From a virus: a stretch of DNA of 64,000 nt. Where the stretch lies: IMG/VR virus record IMGVR_UViG_3300033145_001255, positions 5,216-69,215 of that record; one strand, 5' to 3'. The position numbers and the translations under genes are program-made. Numbering within the stretch: position 1 is the first letter of the stretch; the number at the start of each line of letters is the position of its first letter. Below are positions 51,877 to 61,801 of the stretch, one piece after another. The notes beneath the pieces are model-generated. The model made no database searches, was not told the DNA's origin, and saw nothing but the letters and a program-made list of their open reading frames with translations.

Positions 51877-52952
51877 GGTGATACTAACGAAAACATTAAA
51901 ACAAATTCAGAATGACACAGCAGAAGAACATAACTGTATGCCTACACAATTCACTCCGTTTATAGATGCATTGCGTAAGGAAGCTATTGACGAATTGGAA
52001 TCGCTACGAAAATATTATCCTGCATATATGATTGACCCGTCAATAGATATAGATTGCCTGCCTGATACAAAAAATGTAACTATAATGAAATTGCTGATTC
52101 GAATATTTGATATCAAACCAGATGAACTGATAAACATGGGCGGTTAAGATGTTAGGCAAAGACTGGAAGGCATGGGCGCGCAAGTTGCCCGTGCAGGCAT
52201 TGAAATCATACTGTGACGCGCTCGCAAGTCTGCACCCGCTAATCAAGGAACAGTTCGAGGGGTTGGAGACTGTGCATGGTATCTTGCAGTTGGAGATGCG
52301 CAGAAGGTTCAAGAAACAGGAGGATGAAGATTATGAATAATGAAAGTGTTGATAAGATAAAAGAGATTCGATGTTTGATAGATAAAGCGCAGGATATCTA
52401 CAATGCGTTACCTGATGAAGATCAAAACGAAATCTTCAAAGAACATCATGAGAATTATAGTATGGGCTATTGTTTGAGATGGGGTTTAACTGCGGCTGAT
52501 GATATAATACGTTTATGTCAAGAGGCAAAGCAATGAACCCGACAATGCTAGCCTATGTCAGCAAGCACGGGCATTACGACAAGTTCGTAGCGCTCGCGGT
52601 CCTCTGGCACCAAGCACATCCACATGTTGACATGCACGATATCTCAGAGGGCATGGCGCATAGGTTCAACGAGTTCCTGTGCGGTCAGCCGCAGACTCTG
52701 CACATACCAGACAATAAAGACTTATGCGCAATGTTTCTTTTGGTAGAACATGTGCGCATCTACAGCGGGCTGAGTATGGCTCGGTTGAGCGCGTATTAAA
52801 AAAATATATGGAGTTGGTGAACGTGAATTTGAAAGACAGAGAAACATTTGCATGTGATTTAATCGCTGCTATTGATTGTGGTGAAGTTGAAAACTCAGAG
52901 GAAGCTAAACAGTTTGCTCGGGACTATTGAATAATAAATGGAGTTGGTGAAC

Positions 52953-53351
52953 GTGAAGAACATAAACAAAGCAGCTACGGCTGTGATGAATAAATTAGTT
53001 GAAGGATTGAGCATGACAAATTCGCATAAGAAGATAAATAATTCCAGTGCGTTTATGCCTGTAACAATCGAGCGCATAGGAGACATATCAGGCAATAGGT
53101 GTTTTAGTGTGGCTCATTACTACGAGCAGAACGGCGACTTGATGCGCGACCCGGAAGTGACATTTGTGCAGATAGATGACAGGTTCGTACCGCTTACATT
53201 CACGCAGGATAATCTCGGTATATATCGGGAATCTGTTGTCTATGAATCAGGTGTGTTCAAAGGTTATTATCCGAAAGAGCAGAGCAGCCTCACAAGCTTC
53301 TCGAATATGTGGATGAAGAATATCGGCTGCCAGCAAGGCATAACTGCGTGA
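52953..53351 (+). CDS. Conserved mobile-element hypothetical protein
   Basis: FMP..IE.IG..SVAHYYEQNGDLMRDPE..F...F..MW..NI motif. Confidence 0.65.
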   Translation: MKNINKAATAVMNKLVEGLSMTNSHKKINNSSAFMPVTIERIGDISGNRCFSVAHYYEQNGDLMRDPEVTFVQIDDRFVPLTFTQDNLGIYRESVVYESGVFKGYYPKEQSSLTSFSNMWMKNIGCQQGITA

Positions 53352-53356
53352 TTGTA

Positions 53357-53731
53357 ATGTCAGATTCAATAAACATAGAATACCTGTCAGTCGACCTCGA
53401 GAAGAACGAGTGCAACATGGACGACTTACTCAGAATCGAGCGCGCGTTGAAGCTCAACGTCAAAGGGGCGCGCAAGTTCGGCTCGGTATGGGTTGTGTAT
53501 GTAAATTGCTATAACGTCTGGGTTGATGTCGAGAAGAAGATTGCCAGCTGCGAGTGTATAGACTTCAACAAGCACAGCATGCGCAAGCCATGCAAGCATA
53601 TCTATGCAGCTGTGTTCTACGCAATGGCGAGGCAGGACATGACGAGCGCGCATCATTACACTTTGAATAGGTTGGGCGTTGATGCCTGGACTCAGCATTG
53701 TGAGAGCCAGGCAATCGAGGTAGTTGCATAA
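53357..53731 (+). CDS. SWIM zinc-finger protein
   Basis: SCECIDF...PCKHIYA. Confidence 0.8.
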   Translation: MSDSINIEYLSVDLEKNECNMDDLLRIERALKLNVKGARKFGSVWVVYVNCYNVWVDVEKKIASCECIDFNKHSMRKPCKHIYAAVFYAMARQDMTSAHHYTLNRLGVDAWTQHCESQAIEVVA

Positions 53732-53871
53732 TATATCGGCACATTAGCAAAGCAACAGACAGTCTATAAGGCTTTGCTGTGTCCTAAATTAAAATTTAGG
53801 ATATCGGCAAGGTACGTATGCATAAAGTATATATGAGAGTAAAACAAAATTAAAATGGAGTTGATGAATGA

Positions 53872-54168
53872 ATGGATAAGATTAAGTTTGGTGGAAAAGA
53901 GTTACTGGTGAAGTATAGCCATCTACGCGCTAAAAGCAAAGACAAAAAAACAGTTCTGGAAAAGGGCGGCGTTACGCTTGCGCGTGTTTATATAGACTTA
54001 CCAGAGACAGAGTATATTGAGGGGATTGCCAGTTGCAGTCCACTGGATAACTTCTCGAAGAAGCGCGGCAGGACAATCGCTCTCGGCAGGTTGAAGAAAG
54101 AGCTGCGCATGAACGAGGCTAAGTATCTGAAAATGATAGGTGATGTTGGTGAACCAAAAAACAAATGA
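53872..54168 (+). CDS. Conserved viral protein (G.A.CSP.DNF.KKRGR.IALGR)
   Basis: Recognisable motif. Confidence 0.6.
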   Translation: MDKIKFGGKELLVKYSHLRAKSKDKKTVLEKGGVTLARVYIDLPETEYIEGIASCSPLDNFSKKRGRTIALGRLKKELRMNEAKYLKMIGDVGEPKNK

Positions 54169-56366
54169 AGATATATGGGAGAGTTATGCGGGCAAGACTA
54201 TAAACGCTAAGAACGATGTCTTTGAGATGATGAATCTCGCCCGTGCATCTGAACGCAAGCGCATCCGGGACGAGTGCAAGGAAAAACGATTTGAAGTTGA
54301 ACTGCCGGATAGCGACGGTTGGGTCAAGGTCGTCAACCCGGAAGATATTGACATGTGGAAAGATTAAATATAAGGAGTTGGTGAACGAATGACAGAAAAG
54401 AAAAACGGAATTACCGCGCTGTGCGAGGCGCTCGAGGAGTCAGGCAAGCTCGAGGAGATCCAGCAGTCTATGCGCGAGCAAAAGCTTGATAAGGAAATGC
54501 GAAGGTTGAGGAGGAGTTGTCGATGAACCGCGAACAGATACTCGACATGAAAGCAAAGATGGCAAAGCGCGGCAACTGGAAAGAGGTCCAGCGACTGAAC
54601 AAGATGTTGACGTGGTGTCCTAAATGAAAGACAAAACTAAATGCCCTAAAGATGCCGACGAAACAACTATACGTATGTGTAATGCTGTATTTCATGGTAA
54701 ACACTACGCCTGGGGGTGTACCCGCAAAGCAGGACATAAAGGCAAACATCACGCTCACGCGGCAGATGGCACATGCTGCAAGGTGTGGTAAGATGATACC
54801 TCCAATGATATGTTCTAAATGCGGAAAGGTAGAACCGTATTGCCTGTGCGCGGGCTTGTGCATCCACTGTTTTGTTGGTGGTTCATCATGAAACAATACT
54901 ACAAGCTAGGCGAGATATGCCCGGGGCTCGGCTCGTCGTGCGAGGGCAGGTGCAGATGGGATAAAGAGAAGCAAGCATTTGAATGCGCGCTTTTCAAGAA
55001 AACTAAGTAGAAGAGGTGATACAACTTGGATACAAGAGATGAAATCGAATTAAGCGAATGTATAGATCGTGAGACTATAAGAACAAAGAATACTATTATC
55101 ACCGCGATTAACAACTCTGAAAAGAGTATTGATAAAGACATCTTAGCTGAGCGAAAGAGAATAATACGGTTAATACGAAAATGTGAATGAATGCGCACTG
55201 TTCAAGCCAAAAGAGTTATCGCCTGATAGTATCCGCTTTGGGCGCGCGAAAAAATAGGAGTTGATGAATATGTCAAAACAAAACAATGATTTTCCAGAAT
55301 GGGAAGAATTAGATAAATTCATAATAAATGATCATAGACCAAAAAAGATGGAGAAGAAACTAATTGAAGCTGCTCGCAAATGGCTTCCTTACGCTTTAAA
55401 AGGACGTCATGGTACGGCTTCATATGGTGATTATTTATGGACTTTCTGTGTTAAATTAGAACAGGAAAGAATATGGAATTTTCCAGAGTTTTCACTTGGT
55501 ATGAAATATGGTATTACTTCAAGGAATCCAAGCAGAGATGCTAATCCTTATAATGAACGTTCACGACATCGAAGTTGGGATTGTGGATATATTCTGGGTT
55601 TAGAAAAAAAAAGGAGTTGATGAATATGGAAATATATACGAAAACAATAAGAGATAATCTCGGAATCGAGAGCCTGATGATATACGAGAAGGGCAGGATG
55701 GAAACGCCGCTGGTCGTGCTCGACTGGCTCGGGCTGAAAGATTTACTGGTAGAACTTCCCAATAATAAAATGCTTTCGACCATTAAGCAGTCTCGCCCTG
55801 CGGTAATCGAGGAATTGAAGAAGGAGATTGATTCCCTTGAATAAGAAAGTATTAATCCAGATTACGACTGGCGACTGTTACGATAAATCCGTAACAGACA
55901 AAGGCGGCAAGCCATTTACTTCCGTTGATTATGGCTGTCGTTTAGATGGTTGTGCAGGACAATATGGTGGCGCAAGCCCATGCAATAACGAGGAACAAGT
56001 CCAGCGAGCAGTCAAGAACGCGCGCGAAACAATCAATCAAGAAGGAGATATTGTTGTCTTTGAAGACCTGCGCGTCAGGCAGACGGGGTTGATGTGTTAT
56101 GCAAACTAAAACATATACAGAATATATGGTCTGTTCTTACGAGGGCGAGAATCATTTCGAGACAAGATATACAGAAGAACTCGATGATGTACCACGCGTT
56201 ATCAGATGCATGCAAGATGATTACAAATTGCGAAAACTATACCCGAATAGCTTTGTCTATAAGCTGTTTGAACGCAAGGTAACAAACTGGAAAAAGATTA
56301 ATCCGCGCCATTAGACCTCGGTTCAATTGGTGAGGGCGCGGGAAAATTCAAACCCGAATGTGAGAG

Positions 56367-56975
56367 CTAGACATTAGCCACGATACTGCGCGCTTGTTTC
56401 TCGATAATGAATATGTCCGAGTGGTCGTATGTGCTCAGGCTCGCCAGTGACGAGTGACCAGTTAATTTCTGGATGTCCTCGTATGGCATGCCGCGCGACT
56501 TGCAGTATGTAATAAAGAAGTGACGGAACGAGTGGCACATGACACATTTCTTTATGCCTGCCATCTTTGCGTACTTGGCTGGCAATCTTTGCAGGGCGCG
56601 GTATGACTTGCGCCTGAAGATATGATCTTCCGGCCCGAGCTTGTATTTCTTGATGTGCCTCTGTATCAATAGCATAGTGCCGGGGTCGAGGAACGCCAGC
56701 TTGCGCCTGTATGACCTGCGCTTCAAGATGAATGTCTCGAACGAGTTTGTATTGAAATCGAAGTCCTGTACTATCACGCCGTACTTCCATTTATGCTCGC
56801 GCTTGATATAGAGCCCGTATAGTTCGCCGAGCCTGCGCCCGCACTTGCGCAGTACTCTTAAGAACATATAGTCGAACGCGTCTGTTGCCCGGGCATGTTG
56901 CAGGATGGAGTCTATCTCTGCTCGGGTTAACGGGGTCGGGGCTTGCTTCGGCATGATAGTCACAACATCCGGCAT
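56367..56975 (-). CDS. Small catalytic-domain-only tyrosine recombinase
   Basis: CGRRLGEL, LKRR, CHSFRH, LTGHSS, TY.H. 202 aa. Confidence 0.9.
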   Translation of the reverse strand: MPDVVTIMPKQAPTPLTRAEIDSILQHARATDAFDYMFLRVLRKCGRRLGELYGLYIKREHKWKYGVIVQDFDFNTNSFETFILKRRSYRRKLAFLDPGTMLLIQRHIKKYKLGPEDHIFRRKSYRALQRLPAKYAKMAGIKKCVMCHSFRHFFITYCKSRGMPYEDIQKLTGHSSLASLSTYDHSDIFIIEKQARSIVANV

Positions 56976-57869
56976 ACAACATAGGCTATCATGCCCGCAA
57001 CAATGACAAGTGCAATATAGAAATCTGCAACTTGAACTGGATTAGTCTCCGTTATTTGAATCTCAGGGTCGCATAAGGGATTTGACTTCTTTGAACTCTC
57101 ACATTTCTTGGCTGGTTTCATTGTATCACAACGCATGTTTCAGGCAATACCAGAAGTCATCAAACTTCTCCATACATATTCCATATTGCCAGTATGAATA
57201 ATACATACCTAGCGCTATCATTATTACTAGAAGTGCAGCCATAATCAAATCGTTTTTTTCTATTTTCATTTCATCACATGTCCTGTGTTTTTTTTAATAA
57301 ATTATTTCAACCTTTTTGCTATAGTAGTCAACTTGATCATTTACTATATGCACAGTCCAGCCGTCCTCTCTTCCTTGTGGTACGGTATTCTGGCAGATTG
57401 TTAACTCAAATTTACTATGACCCAAATCATTATGCTCAACTAATCTTAAGAAATTACATGGCAGTTGTAGCTTCTTTCTATCTCTTGGATAATCTAGTTT
57501 AATTGGATTTGTAAGTATGTCTTTTATTTCTAATATTTTATTTCTTAGTTCTTTCATCATATCACGTCTCCTGTATTTCGATAGCAATAGCAATAGATTT
57601 CTTGCCTACTCTCTTGATAATCCTTATTGATGTTTCAACAGGTCCAACGAGCCCGCGCTCAATGTTATCCATGTTCTTGTTGATATCAAATCTCTCGATA
57701 GTCACATCTGTAGGAATCACTATGCCGAAGTCGTCTTTGATTCCCTTAAGAATCATCTCGTTCATCTTAACCTTGCTTACTGTCATTGCCATGTGTCACA
57801 CCTCAATACTAAATATATTTTACTTCGCGCGAATAACACCCGCGCTTTTCGTCGCGCTTGTACTCGTTT

Positions 57870-58160
57870 CCGCCCTCGGGAAAGGGGCGCTGTCATATAA
57901 TTATTATTATATGACAACTTTATTTTTATGGCTTTACTGATACCGATAAAAAATTATGTCGTTATCGCTATGTAGCGCCACTATTGAAACCGCTATCCCG
58001 TAGTCACGTTATATGCACTAAAGGTCTGTGCCTTGCGGGACTGCGTTTTGACTTTCGCTTCCTGTGGAACTTTTGGGTAGGTAGGCTTCCAGTGGAACAT
58101 TAGGTATTTGAAAATATAATATATGAAAGCTTTATAAACTCGGGTTTTGTTTGTTACTTA
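57870..58160. other. Candidate replication origin: two ORB-like boxes, a palindrome and AT-rich tracts
   Basis: GCTTCC(T/A)GTGGAAC at 58057-58070 and 58085-58098. TGTCATATAAT-TATT-ATTATATGACA at 57891-57916. Confidence 0.5.
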
Positions 58161-58165
58161 ATAGT

Positions 58166-58606
58166 TTAGTCCATCTCATCTAAATCCTTATCTGTTATTT
58201 CAATACAGTTTATCTTGTCGAAATCAGGACAGTCAAGTATTATGTGCAGGAATGGCATGTTGATTCTAGGACACAAGCCTCTAATGAACACATGACCTTT
58301 ATCGTTCTTGTACTTCCAGACTGGTATATTGAACTTGCAGTAACCCCACAATTTAATTTGCGCAGTCTGATTCGGAAATATGTTTATCTTAGTATCCGAA
58401 TCACCAATACGGTTAAATCCTTTAGGCATACCTAAAAAGAATTTACCTACATTGGGAACTTCCATTGTTCCAGCCACATGTTTGCTACAACTTAAATCGC
58501 CCTCAGACTCTTGCGCTTCAAAGCATTCCGTGTCGGACCCGCAGACGCAACCAGGGCATTGATACTTCTCTATAATCTCTTTATGTTTTTCATCTATGTT
58601 TATCAC
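58166..58606 (-). CDS. Cys-rich hypothetical protein
   Basis: YQCPGCVCGSD..C...CSKH.AGT...LGMPKGFNR. Confidence 0.6.
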   Translation of the reverse strand: MINIDEKHKEIIEKYQCPGCVCGSDTECFEAQESEGDLSCSKHVAGTMEVPNVGKFFLGMPKGFNRIGDSDTKINIFPNQTAQIKLWGYCKFNIPVWKYKNDKGHVFIRGLCPRINMPFLHIILDCPDFDKINCIEITDKDLDEMD

Positions 58607-58903
58607 CTATATCTTGTTCAAGTTTCTTGCGCGCCTTGGATGCTTGCACGATTGATATTATGTGCTCGCGGTTATTCTCGTAATACTCTCGAGCATAACA
58701 TGCGGCACATTGGACCCTACCTCCACGCACTCGATACGTGATTTTCCCGCACTTGCATCTAGGCGCGCATTGGTGGTTTGGTATTGTTGTCATTATGAAT
58801 AATAAACGGTGGGGGGTTCAAACCCCCGGATATACGATATAGTATCTTACCGCATACCGATATAAGATACCTTTACATCATCTCGTTTACAGACTCACCG
58901 TCA

Positions 58904-59569
58904 TTATGAATTTAGTAATTCCTCGACTTCCTTGATCATATCCTTGACAGACTTCTTGCGCGAGTAGATGTCAGGCGCGTATGTCTTGACTGCCTCGATG
59001 AACAGGCTGCGCGCATTGAAGCCAGATGGCGCGTTTACCATAACCCACTTGTTATCAATGTCTTTCCTGCAATAAACATTATCCTTGAAGTCGCTTAGCT
59101 TAACGACCAATAGCGCCAGGTAGAGTGTGTGCTTGTTTCGTTCTTCCATCCTGTTGTTAAGGGTGGCTGCTGGCGCGTAATCATGAAATGCGATAGTGTT
59201 ATCCGGTAGTGATTTGTCAGTATAGACATCTATCCCTAACAACTTCATGTCTGTTCTATGTATGTGCTTGTCTCTGTCTGAAATTACGTCAGATAAACCG
59301 GACAGCTTGACAGGTTCTGTACCCATCAATTCTTCATTCGGACAGCGCAGGTAATAATCAGGGTTCTTGAATGTCACAGCATTCTTATCTATGTTCGCAA
59401 CCTTTACATTGTGTCTCTGTTCGTCAAGACCTATTATCTGATAATGCTCGCCAACATGCATGTGCTCAATAATGTCTTTGACTTTTCCTTTCGGTATCCA
59501 TCTCTTCTTGCGCTCATCACATGCGAGCTTTATTCTCGTTGCAGTATCTTTGTCATACTTCATAATCAT
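58904..59569 (-). CDS. Hypothetical protein
   Basis: 221-aa ORF with GAGGT RBS. Confidence 0.5.
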   Translation of the reverse strand: MIMKYDKDTATRIKLACDERKKRWIPKGKVKDIIEHMHVGEHYQIIGLDEQRHNVKVANIDKNAVTFKNPDYYLRCPNEELMGTEPVKLSGLSDVISDRDKHIHRTDMKLLGIDVYTDKSLPDNTIAFHDYAPAATLNNRMEERNKHTLYLALLVVKLSDFKDNVYCRKDIDNKWVMVNAPSGFNARSLFIEAVKTYAPDIYSRKKSVKDMIKEVEELLNS

Positions 59570-59579
59570 AACCTCGTAA

Positions 59580-59650
59580 AGCCGGACACCAGACTCGAAC
59601 TGGTATTAATGCATTACAGGTGCATTTTCCTGCCATTGAAAGAGTCCGGC
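59580..59650 (-). tRNA. tRNA-Thr(UGU)
   Basis: GCCGGAC/GTCCGGC acceptor + U73, TTTC/GGAA D-stem, ATGCA-CCTGTAA-TGCAT anticodon arm, ACCAG-TTCGAGT-CTGGT T-arm. Confidence 0.85.
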
Positions 59651-59654
59651 ATGC

Positions 59655-59679
59655 TGCGGGAGGCAGGAGTCTAACCTGC
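59655..59679 (-). pseudogene. 3' fragment of a tRNA (Leu-like): T-arm + acceptor strand
   Basis: GCAGG-TTAGACT-CCTGC-CTCCCGC-A. No matching 5' half seen nearby. Confidence 0.55.
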
Positions 59680-59685
59680 GAACAG

Positions 59686-59916
59686 CTAACAGTTGTTTAC
59701 CTCGCGCGTGCATACGCAACTGTCGCATGCGCCCATACCACCCCATGATTTGTGCAGGCATTCGCAGTTACCCATATTATCACAGCCCGGCGTGTTTGTA
59801 TTATATGTCTCGGTATGTGTGCCGCATACCTCTTCAACACAACCGCTTATGGCAAGCACGGCAGTCAACAGCGCCACAAACAGAATACCTTTCATTAATA
59901 GATTCATCCATATCAC
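59686..59916 (-). CDS. Small Cys-rich lipoprotein
   Basis: Lipobox-like AISGC and eight further Cys. AGGTGA RBS. Confidence 0.65.
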   Translation of the reverse strand: MIWMNLLMKGILFVALLTAVLAISGCVEEVCGTHTETYNTNTPGCDNMGNCECLHKSWGGMGACDSCVCTREVNNC

Positions 59917-60065
59917 CTATATCGTATATTTAACATCGAAAAAAACGCGCGCCCAAACTTGGAACTTATCAGGCGATAACACTTCTTTGGATATCTAAGC
60001 GCGATTTCTTGTTTACATTACATTATGTACTTAACTTTAAATAGTTTACTTTACATTAAACAGGT

Positions 60066-60239
60066 ATGGTGCTAAAAAGAAATGGAGATAGTAAAGTTCC
60101 GTTGTCTGCCACGATAGATCCAGACGTCCGAGAATATCTTGAAGATAAGAGTGGAGATGAATCACTATCAAACTTAGTCAATAAAATACTTAAGGAAGCA
60201 ATGACATTAGACAAGCAAAGAGTACAGGAGGGAGATTAA
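60066..60239 (+). CDS. Ribbon-helix-helix regulator
   Basis: KVPLSATIDPDVREYL...SLSNLVNKILKEA. TTTAAATA box ~30 nt upstream. Divergent from the tRNA block. Confidence 0.7.
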   Translation: MVLKRNGDSKVPLSATIDPDVREYLEDKSGDESLSNLVNKILKEAMTLDKQRVQEGD

Positions 60240-60240
60240 A

Positions 60241-60582
60241 ATGGCAGACGCAAGCAAACTATTGAAGAACACATTCATGAGCTGGAAAGAGATTCCGACA
60301 CCGACAGTAGTTACAGTCATAGGCGCGGGCGGGTATTACCCTTCCAAGTTCAAGGACGAACAGCTGGCAGTAATCGTCAACTTCAAGGGCGTAGAGCGCA
60401 GATTGCCTATCAACGAATTTTCACTTAAAACAATTGCTATGGAAGTTGACTTTACAATGGAGACCAAGAACTGGGTCGGTAAGAGGTTGCAGTTGTCCAA
60501 GCGCAAGACTCAGCGCGGGGGCACGTTCACTATCAATGCCACACCATTCAAGAGACCGGAGATGAGGGCTATTGTCAGTTAA
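60241..60582 (+). CDS. Hypothetical protein, possible OB-fold SSB
   Basis: R.L.IN..S...IA....ET.NWVGK.L.L motif. Confidence 0.4.
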   Translation: MADASKLLKNTFMSWKEIPTPTVVTVIGAGGYYPSKFKDEQLAVIVNFKGVERRLPINEFSLKTIAMEVDFTMETKNWVGKRLQLSKRKTQRGGTFTINATPFKRPEMRAIVS

Positions 60583-61021
60583 TGAGAACGAGTACATTGC
60601 CATGTGCCTGGCGTCAAAGGAAATCCAGACCACCGGCAGGTTGCACGTAAGCTTCACAATACCGTATGAGTATGTCGGGCGCAGGTATTTCATTGATGGC
60701 CATGTAGTAACTATCATCCACGTAACCCCTCCCAAGATAAACTATACTTGTAATGGCTCGAATTATAGACTGTCGCGCCCTACATGGCATAAGCGCAATC
60801 CTAAATGGATCCCATCACAAGACGATTTACAGGGCATGATTGACAGGACAGCGCAGGTAACACTCGACAAGCTGGAAGATAGTTTCCCGCCTATCAAAAA
60901 GATAATGGTTGCATGGCGCAAGAAGTATCTACTCGGCAAGACAGACTGGCGCGAGGTATGGCTGAGATTGTATATGCATATAAACCATAACAAGACGTGG
61001 GACGGGAAGTGCTGGAAATGA
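60572..61021 (+). CDS. Hypothetical protein, paralog of 10935-11366
   Basis: Shared terminal motifs. Confidence 0.6.
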   Translation: MSVNENEYIAMCLASKEIQTTGRLHVSFTIPYEYVGRRYFIDGHVVTIIHVTPPKINYTCNGSNYRLSRPTWHKRNPKWIPSQDDLQGMIDRTAQVTLDKLEDSFPPIKKIMVAWRKKYLLGKTDWREVWLRLYMHINHNKTWDGKCWK

Positions 61022-61618
61022 AATGCGATTGCGCGGTAACAAGCACGTGTGTCCGGTATGCGAGAAGAAGAAAAAGGTGAAGAACTTATGAATGATGAAG
61101 ACATGCCTGATAATGTGCGACTGGCAGTTGAGCGAGACAAATTAATATATGGTGTCGGATATGCTGAAAAAAGCAGTGACGGGACATGGCGACACATACC
61201 TGCAAATACAATCATAATGAGTATGGCTAAACCCTGTAAGGTCAAACCAACGAATAAAGATATTGCAGAACTCACACAAGGACTTACGAATGTTATAAAA
61301 ATTATAGATGATTTCAATGCCAAAGATAAAGTTTAGTCACAGTTACCCCAAGTTGCACGGCCAGAAGCGCGCTAAGTTAATCCATGTGCGCAGGCTGGAA
61401 CAACCATTACACGAAGACCTGATAGAGTACGACACGCGCACAAGCACGGGCGAGTATTACGCGCTGCCGAAAGGGCTGTTGTTGCAGTTGATATTCGTGG
61501 GCGAGAAAGGGATTCCGTTCTGCACATTGCGCAGACATACTGCCAACAAGGAAGTGTACTACAGAGAATGTGAAGGTAAGGATTTCGAGGTTGTGATTAC
61601 TGATTATATAATACGGAG

Positions 61619-61801
61619 ATGACTGACATGACAGACAATGCAAGAGGAGAAGGACAAGGAGTAGGCGGCGCGCGCCAGGGCGACGGCGGGGCAAGTAAGT
61701 GCGTATGCCCTGACTGTGGCTGGGAAGGTCCGCACCTGCGAAACACGCCATGCGCTACGCAAGTATGCCCGAAATGCGGGACAAAACTGGTAGGGAAATA
61801 A
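61619..61801 (+). CDS. Small double zinc-ribbon protein
   Basis: Gly-rich start, CVCPDCG..H.R.TPC...CPKCG. Confidence 0.7.
   Translation: MTDMTDNARGEGQGVGGARQGDGGASKCVCPDCGWEGPHLRNTPCATQVCPKCGTKLVGK

Noticed and set aside
57891-57916. dif/Xer site
   Set aside because: The 11-bp arms are separated by 4 rather than 6 bp and lack the dif consensus. Retained only as part of the candidate origin.
59612-59620. Reading the tRNA as Tyr(GUA)
   Set aside because: The 5-bp stem centres UGU in a 7-nt loop, and the G1-C2-C3 acceptor with U73 fits Thr.
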